Shown here in pieces: positions 1-13,103 of a DNA stretch of 64,000 nt. Numbering within the stretch: the first letter of the stretch is position 1; every line of letters begins with the position of its first letter. The stretch covers positions 1,024,001 to 1,088,000 of the forward strand of contig CAWFAK010000005.1 in NCBI GenBank assembly GCA_963813715.1, written 5' to 3'. The notes below the pieces were generated by a model. It did not search any database. It was given only the letters and a program-made list of their open reading frames with translations, and was not told where the DNA came from. This DNA comes from an uncultured Planctomycetaceae bacterium (GTDB taxonomy: Bacteria; Planctomycetota; Planctomycetia; Planctomycetales; Planctomycetaceae). The translations under genes were made by a program, and so were the position numbers.

Positions 1-93
1 CTCACCAACCCGAGGCGTGAGCGAGGGCTCTTCGATCGCACTAATTCTTATGCCGGTGCGCTGATTCCCGGCCAGTTTCAACGGAAGCGTTGG

Positions 94-876
94 CTAGCGC
101 ACGCCGCCTCGGAATCCGCCGCCGCCGTAACCGCCACGAAAGCCACCTTCGCCGCCGCGGAATGCCGCAGCGCCGCGATCGCCTTCGAATCCGCCGGCCT
201 CGCCCCCGCGGAAGGCCGCCCCGCCGAGGCCGACGCCGCCGACCGGATAACCGACGCCGCCAACCGGAACACCGGCGGCGCCCACATAGGGTTGCTCGGG
301 CAGGATCTGCGTCGCACCTTCATCCGAAGGGAGAGCGTTGTTGTAACCCGCGACGGCTGCATTATTAACCGCAGTACCGTAAGCGGCCGCACCGTACGCT
401 GCCCCTGCTCCGGGAACGACTCCCACCGCGCCGTAAGCGCCGTTGGGGTGGTAAGCGCCGGCCGCTCCATAAGCTCCGTTCGGGTGATATTCGCCCGCGG
501 CTCCGTATGCTCCGTTGGGGTGATAGCCGTTCGCCTGGCCGTTGTAACTTCCCTCATGGCTGCCGCTGTAGTTGTTGCCGTTGTAGCTGCCCTGGCGGCT
601 GCCGCTGTAACTGCCGCCGCTCGAACTGCCTTCGTGGCTGCCGTTGTAATGATTGCCGCTATAGCTGCCTTCGTGGCTGCCGCTGTAGCCGCCGGCCCCG
701 TAGCTGCCCGAGTGGCTGCCGCTGTAGTGATTGCCGCTGTAGCTGCCCGAGTGGCTGCCGCTGTAGCCGCCGCCACCGCCGTGGTAGCCACCAAAACCTC
801 GAGCACTGACATCCGTGGGGCTGACGACGGCAAAGGTCAATAAGGCCGCCGAGGCGACCAGCAGTTTTATGGACAT
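94..876 (-). CDS. Secreted Gly/Ser/Tyr-rich low-complexity repeat protein
   Basis: ORF 94..918; likely start MSIKLLVASAALLTFAVVSPTDVSA (Sec signal-like) at 876; tandem GSH(S/E)GSY(S/N)G and YHPNGAYGA repeats; C-terminal FRGG repeats. Confidence 0.75.
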   Translation of the reverse strand: MSIKLLVASAALLTFAVVSPTDVSARGFGGYHGGGGGYSGSHSGSYSGNHYSGSHSGSYGAGGYSGSHEGSYSGNHYNGSHEGSSSGGSYSGSRQGSYNGNNYSGSHEGSYNGQANGYHPNGAYGAAGEYHPNGAYGAAGAYHPNGAYGAVGVVPGAGAAYGAAAYGTAVNNAAVAGYNNALPSDEGATQILPEQPYVGAAGVPVGGVGYPVGGVGLGGAAFRGGEAGGFEGDRGAAAFRGGEGGFRGGYGGGGFRGGVR

Positions 877-975
877 CGGTCTATTCCTTCTTTCAAAGCG
901 TGTGAGAACTTGATTCAAGATTTGTTCGCAACGTGTAATTGCGCGGGCAGAGCCGCGCGGCGATCTCGCGGACCG

Positions 976-1959
976 TTAGGCACCGACCTTCTTCACGCTG
1001 CGTTTGAAAATGACTTCTTTCAAATCCGGAAGGCGAACGCCCCCGGCCGTGCGGTCGGTCGATTTCAAGGAGAGCGTGTCGTCGTCCAACTTTTGAAAGA
1101 CCTTGACGGCCGTCGTCTTCGTCCCGTCGCCCAGGACGCCCGAAGACTGCGACCACCAGCCGTTCGCGATCGGCTTCCAAGTGTCTTTGGCGTAACCCGA
1201 GTCGGACGAGAAATTCCACGAGGTCAGCTGCTGCGTTTCGGGATCCCAGCCGATGATCTGCGTGCCCGACGACGCGGGAAGTCCGTCGTTGATCACCTGG
1301 TAGGTGCGTTCGACAAAGCTCTTGTTCTTCAGCCAGCGGCACGTGGTTTCGATCCGCGCATCGCCCTCTCCCGCGTGCCAGGTGCCGATCAGCCACTCGA
1401 AGTCGTCCAGCTTGTGATAGTTGGACGGGGTGGCAACCTTCATGTCGTGGACGGAGGACAACAGCCATTTGCCGTCTTGCAGCACGTAGATCGCCGTGTA
1501 ACGGCTGGAACCCGGCGCTCCCGCCGGAGGAGGTTGAATCATCGCCCGGCCGTCCTCGATGGCGGTCGAGTCATTGATCACGCGGACCGAGTCGGTCACG
1601 CTGCTGATCTTGGACTGCGGATTCGCGGCGAAAAACTCGGCATATTCTTTCTTGATCACGTCGCGGCCGACGTAACGCTGACCATCTTCGTCGATGTATT
1701 CGGCGTCGGCAGTCCACAGGCCGGCGATCTTGTCGGCGCTGCCGGCATTGAAGGCTTGATCGAAATCAGAAGCGGCCTTGCGGACCGCCACTTCGGCCGG
1801 AGAGGGAGCTTTGGCGGAAGCAGCTTCTTTAAAAGGTGCCGCGGCCGGAGATTCAACTTTGGTTGGCGGCGGTTCCTTGGCGGGCTCGCCAGCATTAACA
1901 AGGTTGGCTAACGCGAGAACAAATGCGCCCCGCGCGATCATCGAGAATGGACGTTTCAT
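976..1959 (-). CDS. SgcJ/EcaC-like (NTF2/DUF4440) secreted protein
   Basis: Signal peptide from MKRPFSM; AFNAGSADKIAGLWTADAEY...GRDVIKKEY...DGKWLLSSVHD NTF2-like pattern, second domain FEWLIGTW. Confidence 0.8.
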   Translation of the reverse strand: MKRPFSMIARGAFVLALANLVNAGEPAKEPPPTKVESPAAAPFKEAASAKAPSPAEVAVRKAASDFDQAFNAGSADKIAGLWTADAEYIDEDGQRYVGRDVIKKEYAEFFAANPQSKISSVTDSVRVINDSTAIEDGRAMIQPPPAGAPGSSRYTAIYVLQDGKWLLSSVHDMKVATPSNYHKLDDFEWLIGTWHAGEGDARIETTCRWLKNKSFVERTYQVINDGLPASSGTQIIGWDPETQQLTSWNFSSDSGYAKDTWKPIANGWWSQSSGVLGDGTKTTAVKVFQKLDDDTLSLKSTDRTAGGVRLPDLKEVIFKRSVKKVGA

Positions 1960-2107
1960 GATTTGGATTCCAAAAACGCGGTTCAATTGACGGACATTGC
2001 GAATTTCATCAGGCACTTGGAAATCCATTTCCATCCGAGGGGCAACTTGCCCCGCTTCCTCGCTCCCGCTCACAGACTTGTTGATCTTCACGTGTTGCAA
2101 GGCCGAC

Positions 2108-3523
2108 TCACTTCGCCTGAGCGATCCCAGGCGGCTGCCACGACCCTTCGCCCGGCGGAAGGATCGACGGCGGCGTTTCCTTCGGCCAGTAGAGGCGCAT
2201 GACGAGATAAATCGGGCCGTTCGGCGCGGGCAGCCAGTTGGAGTCCTTGTCGGCACCCGGCGAATCCTTCTGGATGTAAAGGGTCAGCGAGCCGTCGCCG
2301 TTTTTCTTCATGCCGGGCAGCATGGGCGAGTTGATCAGATAACGGTTGATCGGATTTTCGATCAGCAATTGCGTCTGGCCGTCATACATCGTGACCGACC
2401 AGAAGGCGTTGACGGGCGGGAACTGGTCCGCCGCAAAGGTGAGCGTGTAGTTGGACTTGCTGCCGTCAAGCACGGCGCCATCAGCCAGCGTCTTGGTCAG
2501 GGGGTACATGGCTTCGACAGCATCGTTGCCGTAGATGCCTCCCTTGGCGGCGGCGGCTCGCTTCAACCAATTGCCGTTGAAGAAATCGCGGTCACCGAAG
2601 AACGAACCAATTTTCCAGCCGTTGACGTTCTTCACTCCGTTGGCGATGTACTGCTCGATCTTTGCTTCGCCGTCCTTCATGCCCAATGCAAATTGTTCTT
2701 GTTGTTCGGGAGAGAGGTCCTTGAAGGCGAAGTGTTTTCCCGCACCGATGCCGAGGCGGGCGAGCTTGGCGCGGATTTCCTTTTCCTCGGGGCCGGCCGG
2801 GGCGAACTGCAAGGCGAAGTCGAGGTACTCAAAGAAGCCGGTCTTGACCAGTTCCTTGTCGATCTTCGGGAAATTGATCTCGGGTGCCGCCGGCGGGGCC
2901 TGCTGTTTGAGATAGGTCGAAAGCGGCTGGCCTTTGTAGCCGGCCTGAATCTTGACCACGTTGGGCATGTCGTCCGTATTGTCTGATGAGCTGCGTGCGG
3001 TAAGCGACTAACGAGAACTGCGTGGTGGACCGAAACACTTTCTTGATGCCCGCCGGGGTTTCGCCCTTCCAATCGGGTCCGACCACCAGGTAATCGCCGG
3101 CTTCACTGCCGGTCGCTCGGCTGCCGATGTAGCCGTAGTTGAAGGTGTTCCCATCGCAGAGCATCACCGAGTAGTATCGCGGTTTTTCGACAGCAGGCAC
3201 GGAGAGCACGAACGGCTCGGCGCAGATCCAACCACAACAGGGAATAGGGCGTATCGCTGTTCGGCGTGATGATGGCCGTGTCTTTGTAGGTGAAGACACG
3301 GGCTTCGTTGTTGATCTGATTGAACGGCGCCTTGTACTGGCCCGAGTTTTTGTCCACGCAATACTCGTACATCACCGCGTAGTTCATCACGATCGGCAGG
3401 CCGTAGATGAAGCCCTCCTCGGCAATGGCTTTGGTTTCGGCGGGTGTGATGTCCGCAGCCCGGGCAGCTGTCGAGCGCCAGCGTTGCGGCGAGCGAGGCG
3501 ACGAGCGCAGTTTTTGTTTTCAT
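2108..3523 (-). CDS. DUF1254/DUF1214 domain secreted protein (split by about 3 frameshifts)
   Basis: Consecutive fragments 3164..3523, 3103..3390 (IITPNSDTPYS), 2829..3299 (RYYSVMLCD), 2108..2968 (PPVNAFWSVTMY, NWLPAPNGP, MRLYWP). Confidence 0.85.
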
Positions 3524-3560
3524 GCCGGTTTTCCGTTCGGTTTTGTCGCGGTGCTACGTT

Positions 3561-3965
3561 TCACGATTTGGAATTCAAAAGAGAAAGGTTCGTAGAACTG
3601 TGCCGCAGGCAGGCGACACACCAGACACTCATCAGCGAGTGAAGAACCACGGCCGGCCAGAGCGCGACGCCGGAGAGTCCGTTGCGAAGGGCGGCGAAAG
3701 CGAGGAGGGCAGCAACGAGGACGTCGTAAACCAACATTGCGGCAACCAATCCGGTCGCCGCGCGACTCTGCGCGTCGGCTCGCGCCAGCCAGCAGGCAAT
3801 ACCCAAAGCCAGCAGCGCCGCCCCGCAGACACGAGCCACAGTCAGCGCGGCGGGTTCCTCCAGTCGTGCGCCGACGAGGAGCGCCACCGCTACCGAAGGG
3901 TAGCTCAGGAGCGCCAGCCCGGCTCCCAGTTCGATCAGCGCACTGGCGATTTGCAGGATTTTCAT
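3561..3965 (-). CDS. Small membrane protein, about 4 TM helices
   Basis: Hydrophobic ORF starting MKILQIASALIELGAGLALL; co-oriented with neighbours. Confidence 0.65.
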   Translation of the reverse strand: MKILQIASALIELGAGLALLSYPSVAVALLVGARLEEPAALTVARVCGAALLALGIACWLARADAQSRAATGLVAAMLVYDVLVAALLAFAALRNGLSGVALWPAVVLHSLMSVWCVACLRHSSTNLSLLNSKS

Positions 3966-4157
3966 CGAGGAACAACTGCTCAAGCACAAACACTCAGCGG
4001 AACAAACCTTGTCACTGGCCCCGAAGACTAAGGTTGGTCGACCTTTCCGGATCTGTCCGGCACGAGGAGCCTTGGTCGGCCCTTTTTCAGCCATCGCGCT
4101 GAAAAAGAAGGGGCGAGCGGCGCGAAAGGGGACCGCCCGCCCCGAGATTCGTTCCAG

Positions 4158-6023
<1,866 letters not shown>

Positions 6024-6130
6024 GCTGCCTCTCCGGTAGGAAAAGTTGAAAACCTGCGGGCGGGAAGCGGTCCGCCTCGATCTCGACTCCATTCCGCGAT
6101 GTTTTTCTCTTTGGTTCGATTGCACTCTCG

Positions 6131-6883
6131 TTACTGGCCAAGCTGTGCCAGCGCGTTGCGAAGCGGCGTGCTCGAAATCTGGATCAGACCGTCAAAGGCT
6201 TGGTCCAAATCCACGATCAGGAACATGGCGCCGGCAACCGACAGCGCACAGACCAAGAGCGTGATGATGACAGTGGGATTCCACGGTGAGAACAGGCCGA
6301 AGCTCGTAAACAGCACCGTGAGCCAGAACACGACGACGATGAGGAACGGCCGCGGTATCGCGCTCTCGTCTTCCTGTGTCAGCAGCAAGCGCGTTCGGGC
6401 GAGATCGGTACAAATCTGCAGGCATTGGGACTGCAGCGAGCGCTGGGCGTCAGTTTTCGGTGACAAGTCGCGGACGCGCTCATAGACCGTTGCGCCACTC
6501 GCCGTAATGGCGTGCGCGCCCAATCCTACAGACTGGGAAGCATCCGCGGGCCAAAGCCGCTCGAGCGACGATTCGACCAGACTGTGGAGCGCGGCCCGGG
6601 CTTCTTTCGTTTCGGGTCCGTAGCGGGCCAGCATTCGGTCGAGCAGGATCAGATTGGCCGACAACTGCTGAAAGCCGGTCCGCTGCGCATCGAATGAGCT
6701 CTTGGCGGAAGCGATCAAGAGGCCCAGAACCAGCGCGGACAGCGTGGCGATCAGGCCTGTGCCCAGCTTGACGACCTCTTTGGTCTCGGCGGTGAGATGA
6801 CGCTCGGGCAGCAGGGCGCGCAGCGTCATCCCGACCAGCGCACCACCAAAGGTGCACGCGAAAACAATCGCTCCGACTTCCAT
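6131..6883 (-). CDS. DUF4239 / bestrophin-like membrane protein
   Basis: TM pattern with GLIATLSALVLGLLIASAKSSFD and LIVDLDQAFDGLIQISS. Confidence 0.75.
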   Translation of the reverse strand: MEVGAIVFACTFGGALVGMTLRALLPERHLTAETKEVVKLGTGLIATLSALVLGLLIASAKSSFDAQRTGFQQLSANLILLDRMLARYGPETKEARAALHSLVESSLERLWPADASQSVGLGAHAITASGATVYERVRDLSPKTDAQRSLQSQCLQICTDLARTRLLLTQEDESAIPRPFLIVVVFWLTVLFTSFGLFSPWNPTVIITLLVCALSVAGAMFLIVDLDQAFDGLIQISSTPLRNALAQLGQ

Positions 6884-7899
6884 CGACCCCACAAAGAACC
6901 CTTTGATGCGTGGCCCGGCAGACCTTGATGTGTTGCCCGCGCCGCGCGACGCCTCGCGTCATCCCGCGAGTGCTGGGGCACGCTAACACACCCCAACTCG
7001 GAGAGATCACTGGTAGAACTGGCAGTCAGCAGCGGGAAAAGTATCAGCACCGATCGGATTCGGTGCGGAAAAGACGATTCCTCTAGCGACCGTTCGCGCA
7101 GATTTTCCGCAGACTGATGGAGGGCGGCCGCTCGAATCCGGCCAGTTCAAACTGACCCGCACCGCGCAGCAGGCGGCGGTGGCTCGGCTGCACCAAACTT
7201 TCAAGTGGCGTGAACTCGCTGCGATACTCCGTCGTCAACGAATCCACCCGATGATCGCGGAGTCGTTCCGCGATTCGATCACAACAAGCCGCTGCCTCGG
7301 AAAGTCGACAAGGGCTACGAAGTCAGCAAGACTTAACTCATCCACGCGCCAAGACATCGGGCGTGCAGCGAGAAAATGAGAAGCGACTGAAGAGAGAGGC
7401 TGTCACTGCCAGAAACGCTCGCCGTTCATCAGCGAGCGACCACAGTCTGACCGCGCACTGTGCCAAAGTCAACCGGGCGATCCGGGAGCTTGGTGTCCTC
7501 TGCGCCGATTGATGGCGCGGACGCCTTCCCGCGATGCGCTGAATTTCTTGAACGAGCCTATTGTCAGCTCGCGCTGAGCTTTCTCAATCCGGTGCCGCCG
7601 CGGAGGACAATCTGCGGGCAACGGCTGGCAGATAGGGAAGGGAAATCTCCGGAGCATTGGCCAGCAACATCGCGTGCTGGGCGGCGCGCAAGACTTGGCG
7701 ACTCACATCGTCTGAACCGCAGGGCGGCGAGGTCAAGGTTTTTAACTTTTGGCGGCGATCGCATCTCGCAGTCTGGCCGGGTGACTGTCGCCGAGCGAAG
7801 CTCGCTGGCAGTCGCCGTGCCGTTGCGCTATGCTCAGGCTGCTTCCTTCCTCGCCACGACCTGCCTCCTGCCCCTTGGCCCACCCGCAGGATCTGCTGA

Positions 7900-9286
7900 A
7901 TGTTGCAGATCGGCTCTGACCGCCTCTCGCGGCGCAACTTTTTGAACGTCGGCAGCCTGGCATTGGGCGGCCTGACTTTGCCGCAGCTCTTGAACGCGCG
8001 GGTCGAAGCGGCCAGTCAGAGACTGCCAATCACCGACAAGTCGGTCGTGTTCGTCTTCATGCAGGGGGGGCCGAGCCAGATCGAGACGTTCGATCCCAAA
8101 ATGACGGCTCCGGCCGGCATTCGTAGCGCCAACGGCGAGATCGCCACGTCGCTGCCAGGGATCACCTTCGGGTCGGCATTTCCCCAACTGGCCGCGAGGG
8201 CGCACGAAATCGCGATCGTGCGGTCGTTCACGACCGGCGATGCCAATCACGACATCAAGCCGATTGTTTGCAAGGCCACCGGCGGGGCAAATCTGGGCTC
8301 GCTCTATTCGCGCGTGGCCGGCACGAATCGCCCCGTAACCGGGATGCCGACGAACGTCGCCGTCTATCCGCAGGCCGTCGATTCTTCCACGCGGCCGCCG
8401 TTCAAGACGTTCGGCGACTTTGAATCAACGGGCAGCCTGGGGAGCGCCTTCTCCCCCTTCGCTCCGAGCGGCGGCGGAGATTCTCAAGGCCGATCTACGG
8501 CTCGGACTGCCCCTGTCGCGGCTCGACGATCGACGGCACCTGCTGGCCGGGCTCGATCGCATTCGCCGCTCGATCGATTCGGCCGGACTGATGGCGGGCG
8601 TCGACAGTCTCCGCCAGCAGGCGTTCGACACGGTCATCGGCGGCGTAGCCGACGCCTTCAACCTGGCGAAAGAGTCGCCCGCGACACTTGCCCGTTACGA
8701 CACGGCCCCGCTCATGCGGCCGCATCACATCGATCCCAAGTGGCACAACCACCTGCTCTATGAAGACAACGCCAAGTCCCTCGGCAAGCTGATGTTGCTA
8801 GCTCGACGGCTGTGCGAGCGCGGCTGCGGCTTCGTGACGGTGACCACGAATTTCGTCTGGGACATGCACGCCGACATCAATAACGCGGGCATGGAAGAAG
8901 GCATGCGCTACCTCGGCTTGCCGTTCGATCACGCGATCTCGACCTTCCTGGACGACGTGGCCGAACGCGGGCTGGGCGATAAAATCCTGCTCGTCTGCTG
9001 CGGGGAGATGGGGCGGACCCCGCGGATCAACTTCAATGGCGGCCGCGATCATTGGGGTAATCTGGCGCCGCTCCTCTTGGCCGGCGGCGGCTTGAATCGC
9101 GGCCACGTGATCGGCCAGTCGACGCGAGACGCGGGCCAACCGCTCAGCGAGCCGGTCACCATTCCGCACCTGGTGTCGACGGTCCTGCATTCGGTGCTCG
9201 ACGTCGGCGAACTCCGCGTGGCGCGCGGCATTCCCCGCGACGTGTTGAAGGCGGCGACCGGCGATCCGATTCCCGGGCTGGTCTAA
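7900..9286 (+). CDS. DUF1501 domain protein with Tat-like signal (one frameshift near 8475)
   Basis: SRRNFL, FMQGGPSQIETFDPK, WDMH, GEMGRTP, GRDHW; ORFs 7900..8763 + 8420..9286. Confidence 0.9.
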
Positions 9287-9295
9287 GCCGACGGG

Positions 9296-10615
9296 CTACT
9301 TCAGGTTCTCGTAAAACCGCACGTAATCGGATTCGAGCGTCCTCAAGTTGCCGAAGGCCCGGCGGAAATCGGCGAGGCGCTCTTTTTCCGAATAGACCAA
9401 GAGCGGATTGCGGCCGGCGAGCGACTTCAGGTAACGGCCGTAAGAGCCGTGCCGCGTTTCGGCCAGGAAGAACGTCAGGGCCCAGCCCTCGGCGTAGGCG
9501 TCAAGCGTGGCAGAGGCGTACGGGTCGTCGCTCGCGATGAAGTCCGGCAGCGAGTGCGGCCGGCGGCGCGACTTGAGGTAGTTCTCGAACCACAGATAGC
9601 GATTGCGGTTGATCCGCGTCATTGCGGAGGCGCTCTTCGAGTCGTGGATGCCTGGTGCCTCGAACATGGTCGCCATCCCTTCGACCACCCATTTGGGCGT
9701 TTGCGCGATCCGTGAGTGCAGCCCCGTGTTGAACGCGACCTGGTGCGTCGTCTCGTGCACGATCGTGCTGTGCAAGTCGCCCTCGATCGTGCCGTCGAAT
9801 CGCACGCGGGTCGGACCGTGATCGGGCTCCGCCTGGCTGCCGCCGGGTAAGAGTGTCTGCGATTCGTCGCCCCGATCGAAGGCGGTGCCCAACGATTCGA
9901 CGCGCTGCGGCCGGGCGGCGGCCATCCCCGGATCGTCCTGATCGAACAAGGCGATGCGGTTGGTCAGCCGCATGTAGTACCCCAGCATGCCGGCGGGCGG
10001 TTCGAGCTTGTCGTGGCGGCAGTACCGCACGAACGCCTCTCGATCGGGAAAGACGATCACCACCAGCGGAAACTCCGGCTCGCTGATCTTGAAGCCGCGG
10101 ACCGAGAAGTAGCGGCGGAAGATGCGATAGGTGTCCTCGCAGATTTCACCGATATGCCGGTTGTTGTGTTCCGCGCAAATCAGGAAGTGTCCGGTTCCCT
10201 CGATGCGGAACGACTTGGGCATTTCGCGGCGAAGGTGATCTCGCAACTCGGCGGATCGAGAACTCGTGGAAATGGTCCTCGACGGTGCGGACGGCTTCGA
10301 GCTGTCGGATCTCGAACGCTCGCAGCTGGCCGTCGCGCCCATCAGCCAGCAGGCATCGTGCCCTTTCGCCTCGAGTCGGCCTTCATAGTGCTTGCCGTTT
10401 TGCGTCAATTCCAACAGGCTGGGCGTGGCCGCGACGACCGGCCGCACGCCGAGACCGATCGCCACCGCGCAGAGCAGGCCGCGAAGCGTTCCGCTCCCGC
10501 CGCGGAAGAAACGCGGAAGATCAGCGGAACGCGGGAGAGAACCGAGCCCGACCGCAAACATGTCAAACGCGGCGCATGGCTGCCCCTCGAACACAAAGCA
10601 CATCGGCCACTGCAA
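9296..10615 (-). CDS. DUF1570 domain protein (HExxH zincin-like)
   Basis: TIVHETTHQVAFNTGLH, PKWVVEGMA, YAEGWALTFFL; start uncertain; probable compensating frameshifts near 10260-10340. Confidence 0.8.
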   Translation of the reverse strand: MQWPMCFVFEGQPCAAFDMFAVGLGSLPRSADLPRFFRGGSGTLRGLLCAVAIGLGVRPVVAATPSLLELTQNGKHYEGRLEAKGHDACWLMGATASCERSRSDSSKPSAPSRTISTSSRSAELRDHLRREMPKSFRIEGTGHFLICAEHNNRHIGEICEDTYRIFRRYFSVRGFKISEPEFPLVVIVFPDREAFVRYCRHDKLEPPAGMLGYYMRLTNRIALFDQDDPGMAAARPQRVESLGTAFDRGDESQTLLPGGSQAEPDHGPTRVRFDGTIEGDLHSTIVHETTHQVAFNTGLHSRIAQTPKWVVEGMATMFEAPGIHDSKSASAMTRINRNRYLWFENYLKSRRRPHSLPDFIASDDPYASATLDAYAEGWALTFFLAETRHGSYGRYLKSLAGRNPLLVYSEKERLADFRRAFGNLRTLESDYVRFYENLK

Positions 10616-10739
10616 ATATAGGTCTCTGCAAAGGGGCCGTCGGACGCGGGGCGTGTCTGTTGCGTTTCGGCAACGTAAACTGAAAGGTGGCGACGGGCCT
10701 CGCTCTCGCGGTCAGCTTTCGTCGCCGCGGAGTCTGCCG

Positions 10740-12140
10740 ATGGGGTCCGTTCGGGGCGATTATTCCGGATTGCGGTGGCGGTCCTGCCACCTGCTGGCGC
10801 TTGGGCTGCTCGTGGCCCTCTTCGGTCGGGCAAACGCCGACGATCGCCCGGCCGTGGCTAATCCGCAGACGGCGCGCGAAGTCGCCCGCCTGATCGGTCA
10901 GCTCGACGCGGACTCGCGGGCCGAACGTGGCAAGGCTCGGGATGCGCTCGTGGCTCTGGGGCCGGCTATTCTGCCGCTCTTGCCCGACGATCGACAGGTG
11001 CCCAGCGCCGCCGCGCGACAGCGCTGGCCGAAATTCGCGCGCGTCTACAACACGAATCGGCCGTCGACTCCCTGCGTCCCTCGCGAGTGACGCTTAAAGG
11101 CACCTTCGCGCTGCGGGACGTGCTTGCCACAATCGCGACTCAAACCGGCAACGGCTTCGACACGAGCGGACTGGATGCCGAGTTGCTGTCGCGTCCGGTT
11201 GCCGTTGATTTCCAGTCGCGCACCTTTTGGAGCGCCTGCGATCAGCTCGGGACGACGGCCCGCTTCAGCTTTGGGGCCGTTCGCAAAGGCCGTTTGCAGT
11301 TGGTCCGCGTGCCGCGGAACTCGGTGGCTCTGCCGTTGGCCGTCGCCGATGACGGCGCGTTTCGCGTTGCCGTTTTGTCCGCGAAGATTCGGCCGTCCGC
11401 CATCAGCCAGACGCTCTTCGCGCTGCGAATCGGTTGGAGCCTGCAGGCCGAGCCTCGCCTGCGGCCGCTGTTTGCCAGCATTGCGGGGCGCGATCTCTCG
11501 GTCGAGGCAGGTCGAGCCGGGCGATGCTTCCGGTGCTGCGCGGCCGTCGCTCAGCCTGCGGCCGATCAGCCCGGCCGCGAAGCTGGAACTCTCGATGGAG
11601 GAGGGACAGGAGCCACTCGAGCTCAACTCGGATTTCGAGTGGCCGGCCACGCCGAAGCGGCTCAGCCTCACGCTAAGCGGTTCGTTCGCGGTCGAAATGG
11701 CGGCTGCCCCAGAACGTTTCGTCTTCGACGATTTGGTTGCCGTGAATCCACCAGCCAAACGGATCGGCGGCGTCTCCGTCCGCTTGAGGCACGTCGAGCC
11801 GCCGGCCGGCGGAAATGAGACCGCAGCGCGCGTCGATCTGAGCGTGGTGTACGACCAGCAGGGGCCTGCCTTTGAATCGTATCGGACGTGGATGTATCAC
11901 AACGACATCTGGCTCGAAACCAAAAGCGGCCGCCGCATCATGCCCGAGCGACTCGTGGCGACGCAGACGGAAGCTGACGGGGCGCGCACGGTCGAGTACA
12001 ATTTTGCCGGCGTGACGGGAACTCTCGCCGACTATCGGCTGGTGTACATCGCACCGACGCTGATCACGCAGGCTCCCGTCCGGTTTCAGCTCAAAAACAT
12101 TCCGACCACTCGTGCCGGTCAACAAGGAACTTCGCCATGA
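10740..12140 (+). CDS. Secreted hypothetical planctomycete protein (frameshifted)
   Basis: Signal-like start, HEAT-like LIGQLDADSRAERGKARDALVALG, then WSLQAEPRLRP and FESYRTW segments across ORFs 10392..11090, 11087..11818, 11124..12140. Confidence 0.65.
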
Positions 12141-12628
12141 ACGCTCGCGACGCCGTGAAGTCGACGTACGCTTTGCCCGATCAGCTTTGCCGCGGGTATC
12201 TCGACGGCCTGACCGATGCCGACTTGCTCGTGCGTCCCGTGCCCAAGGCCAACCACATCGCCTGGCAACTCGGACACTTGATCACGTCGGAGCATGAATT
12301 TGTCGAAGGGCTCTGTCCCGGCCTGGCCCCACCCCTGCCCGCCGGCTTTGCCGCCAAACACAAGAAAGAAACGGCCGAGAGCGACAATCCGAAGGACTTC
12401 TGCACGAAGGACGAGTACCTCAAGCTCTACGATCAAATGCGGGCGGCGAGCCTGAAGATGGTCGACACGGTGAGCGAGAGCGACTACGACAAGCCCGCTC
12501 CGGAGAAATTCCGCAGTTACTGTCCGACCGTGGCTGCGGTGTTGCTCTTGGTGCCCTCCCACTGGCTGATGCACGCGGGCCAATGGGCGATCGTCCGCCG
12601 CAAGCTCGGCAAGCCGCCGTTGTTCTAA
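12137..12628 (+). CDS. DinB family protein
   Basis: NHIAWQLGHL ... HWLMHAGQW His triad pattern; ATGA overlap with the upstream gene. Confidence 0.85.
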   Translation: MNARDAVKSTYALPDQLCRGYLDGLTDADLLVRPVPKANHIAWQLGHLITSEHEFVEGLCPGLAPPLPAGFAAKHKKETAESDNPKDFCTKDEYLKLYDQMRAASLKMVDTVSESDYDKPAPEKFRSYCPTVAAVLLLVPSHWLMHAGQWAIVRRKLGKPPLF

Positions 12629-12691
12629 GGCGGAATGGCGATCGTCGTCCTGCGGCCAAATCGCCTTTGTCATTCTCCAGGTGATCGTCTT

Positions 12692-13057
12692 ATGCCGACG
12701 TTGATCGACAAACCCGTGTCCATCCAGGCGGCCGGCGATCCGCCGAAACAGATCACGGAATTCGTGGGCCGGGTGGCGACGCAAGAGACGGGCGTCAGCG
12801 TGGCGCGGATGGTGTCGCCCGCCGGCTGGAAGGAGCCGGGCCAGCGGCCGGAGTTCCGAGAGGTCACCGTCGTGTTGCGCGGTTGCGTCCGCGTCGAGCA
12901 CGAAGCGGGTGTACTGGAGGTGCGGGCCGGCCAGGCCCTCGTCACGCACCCGGGTGAATGGATCCGCTACAGCACCCCGGAGCCGGGCGGAGCCGAATAT
13001 GTCGCCGTCTGCCTGCCCGCCTTCTCGCCGCAGACCGTCCACCGCGACCCGTCGTAA
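12692..13057 (+). CDS. Cupin domain protein
   Basis: WKEPGQRPEFREVTVVLRG ... VRAGQA ... GEWIRYSTP ... CLPAFSP. Confidence 0.85.
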   Translation: MPTLIDKPVSIQAAGDPPKQITEFVGRVATQETGVSVARMVSPAGWKEPGQRPEFREVTVVLRGCVRVEHEAGVLEVRAGQALVTHPGEWIRYSTPEPGGAEYVAVCLPAFSPQTVHRDPS

Positions 13058-13103
13058 CAGCGGCTTCGCAGCTCGGTACGCGCAAGCAAGGCCGCCCGCC
13101 GCG

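Noticed and set aside
4..27. ACCAACCCGAGGCGTGAGCGAGGG as a REP-like element
   Set aside because: Resembles planctomycete intergenic repeats, but it is a single weakly paired copy at the window edge, so it cannot be supported here
430..790. Tandem DNA repeats as a possible CRISPR array
   Set aside because: Repeats are in-frame, degenerate and lack unique spacers; they encode the Gly-rich peptide repeats; no cas genes in the window
78..833. Ala/Thr-rich alternative-frame ORF resembling an antifreeze protein
   Set aside because: Out-of-frame reading of the Gly-rich gene; the 94..876 frame has the signal peptide and an RBS-like sequence
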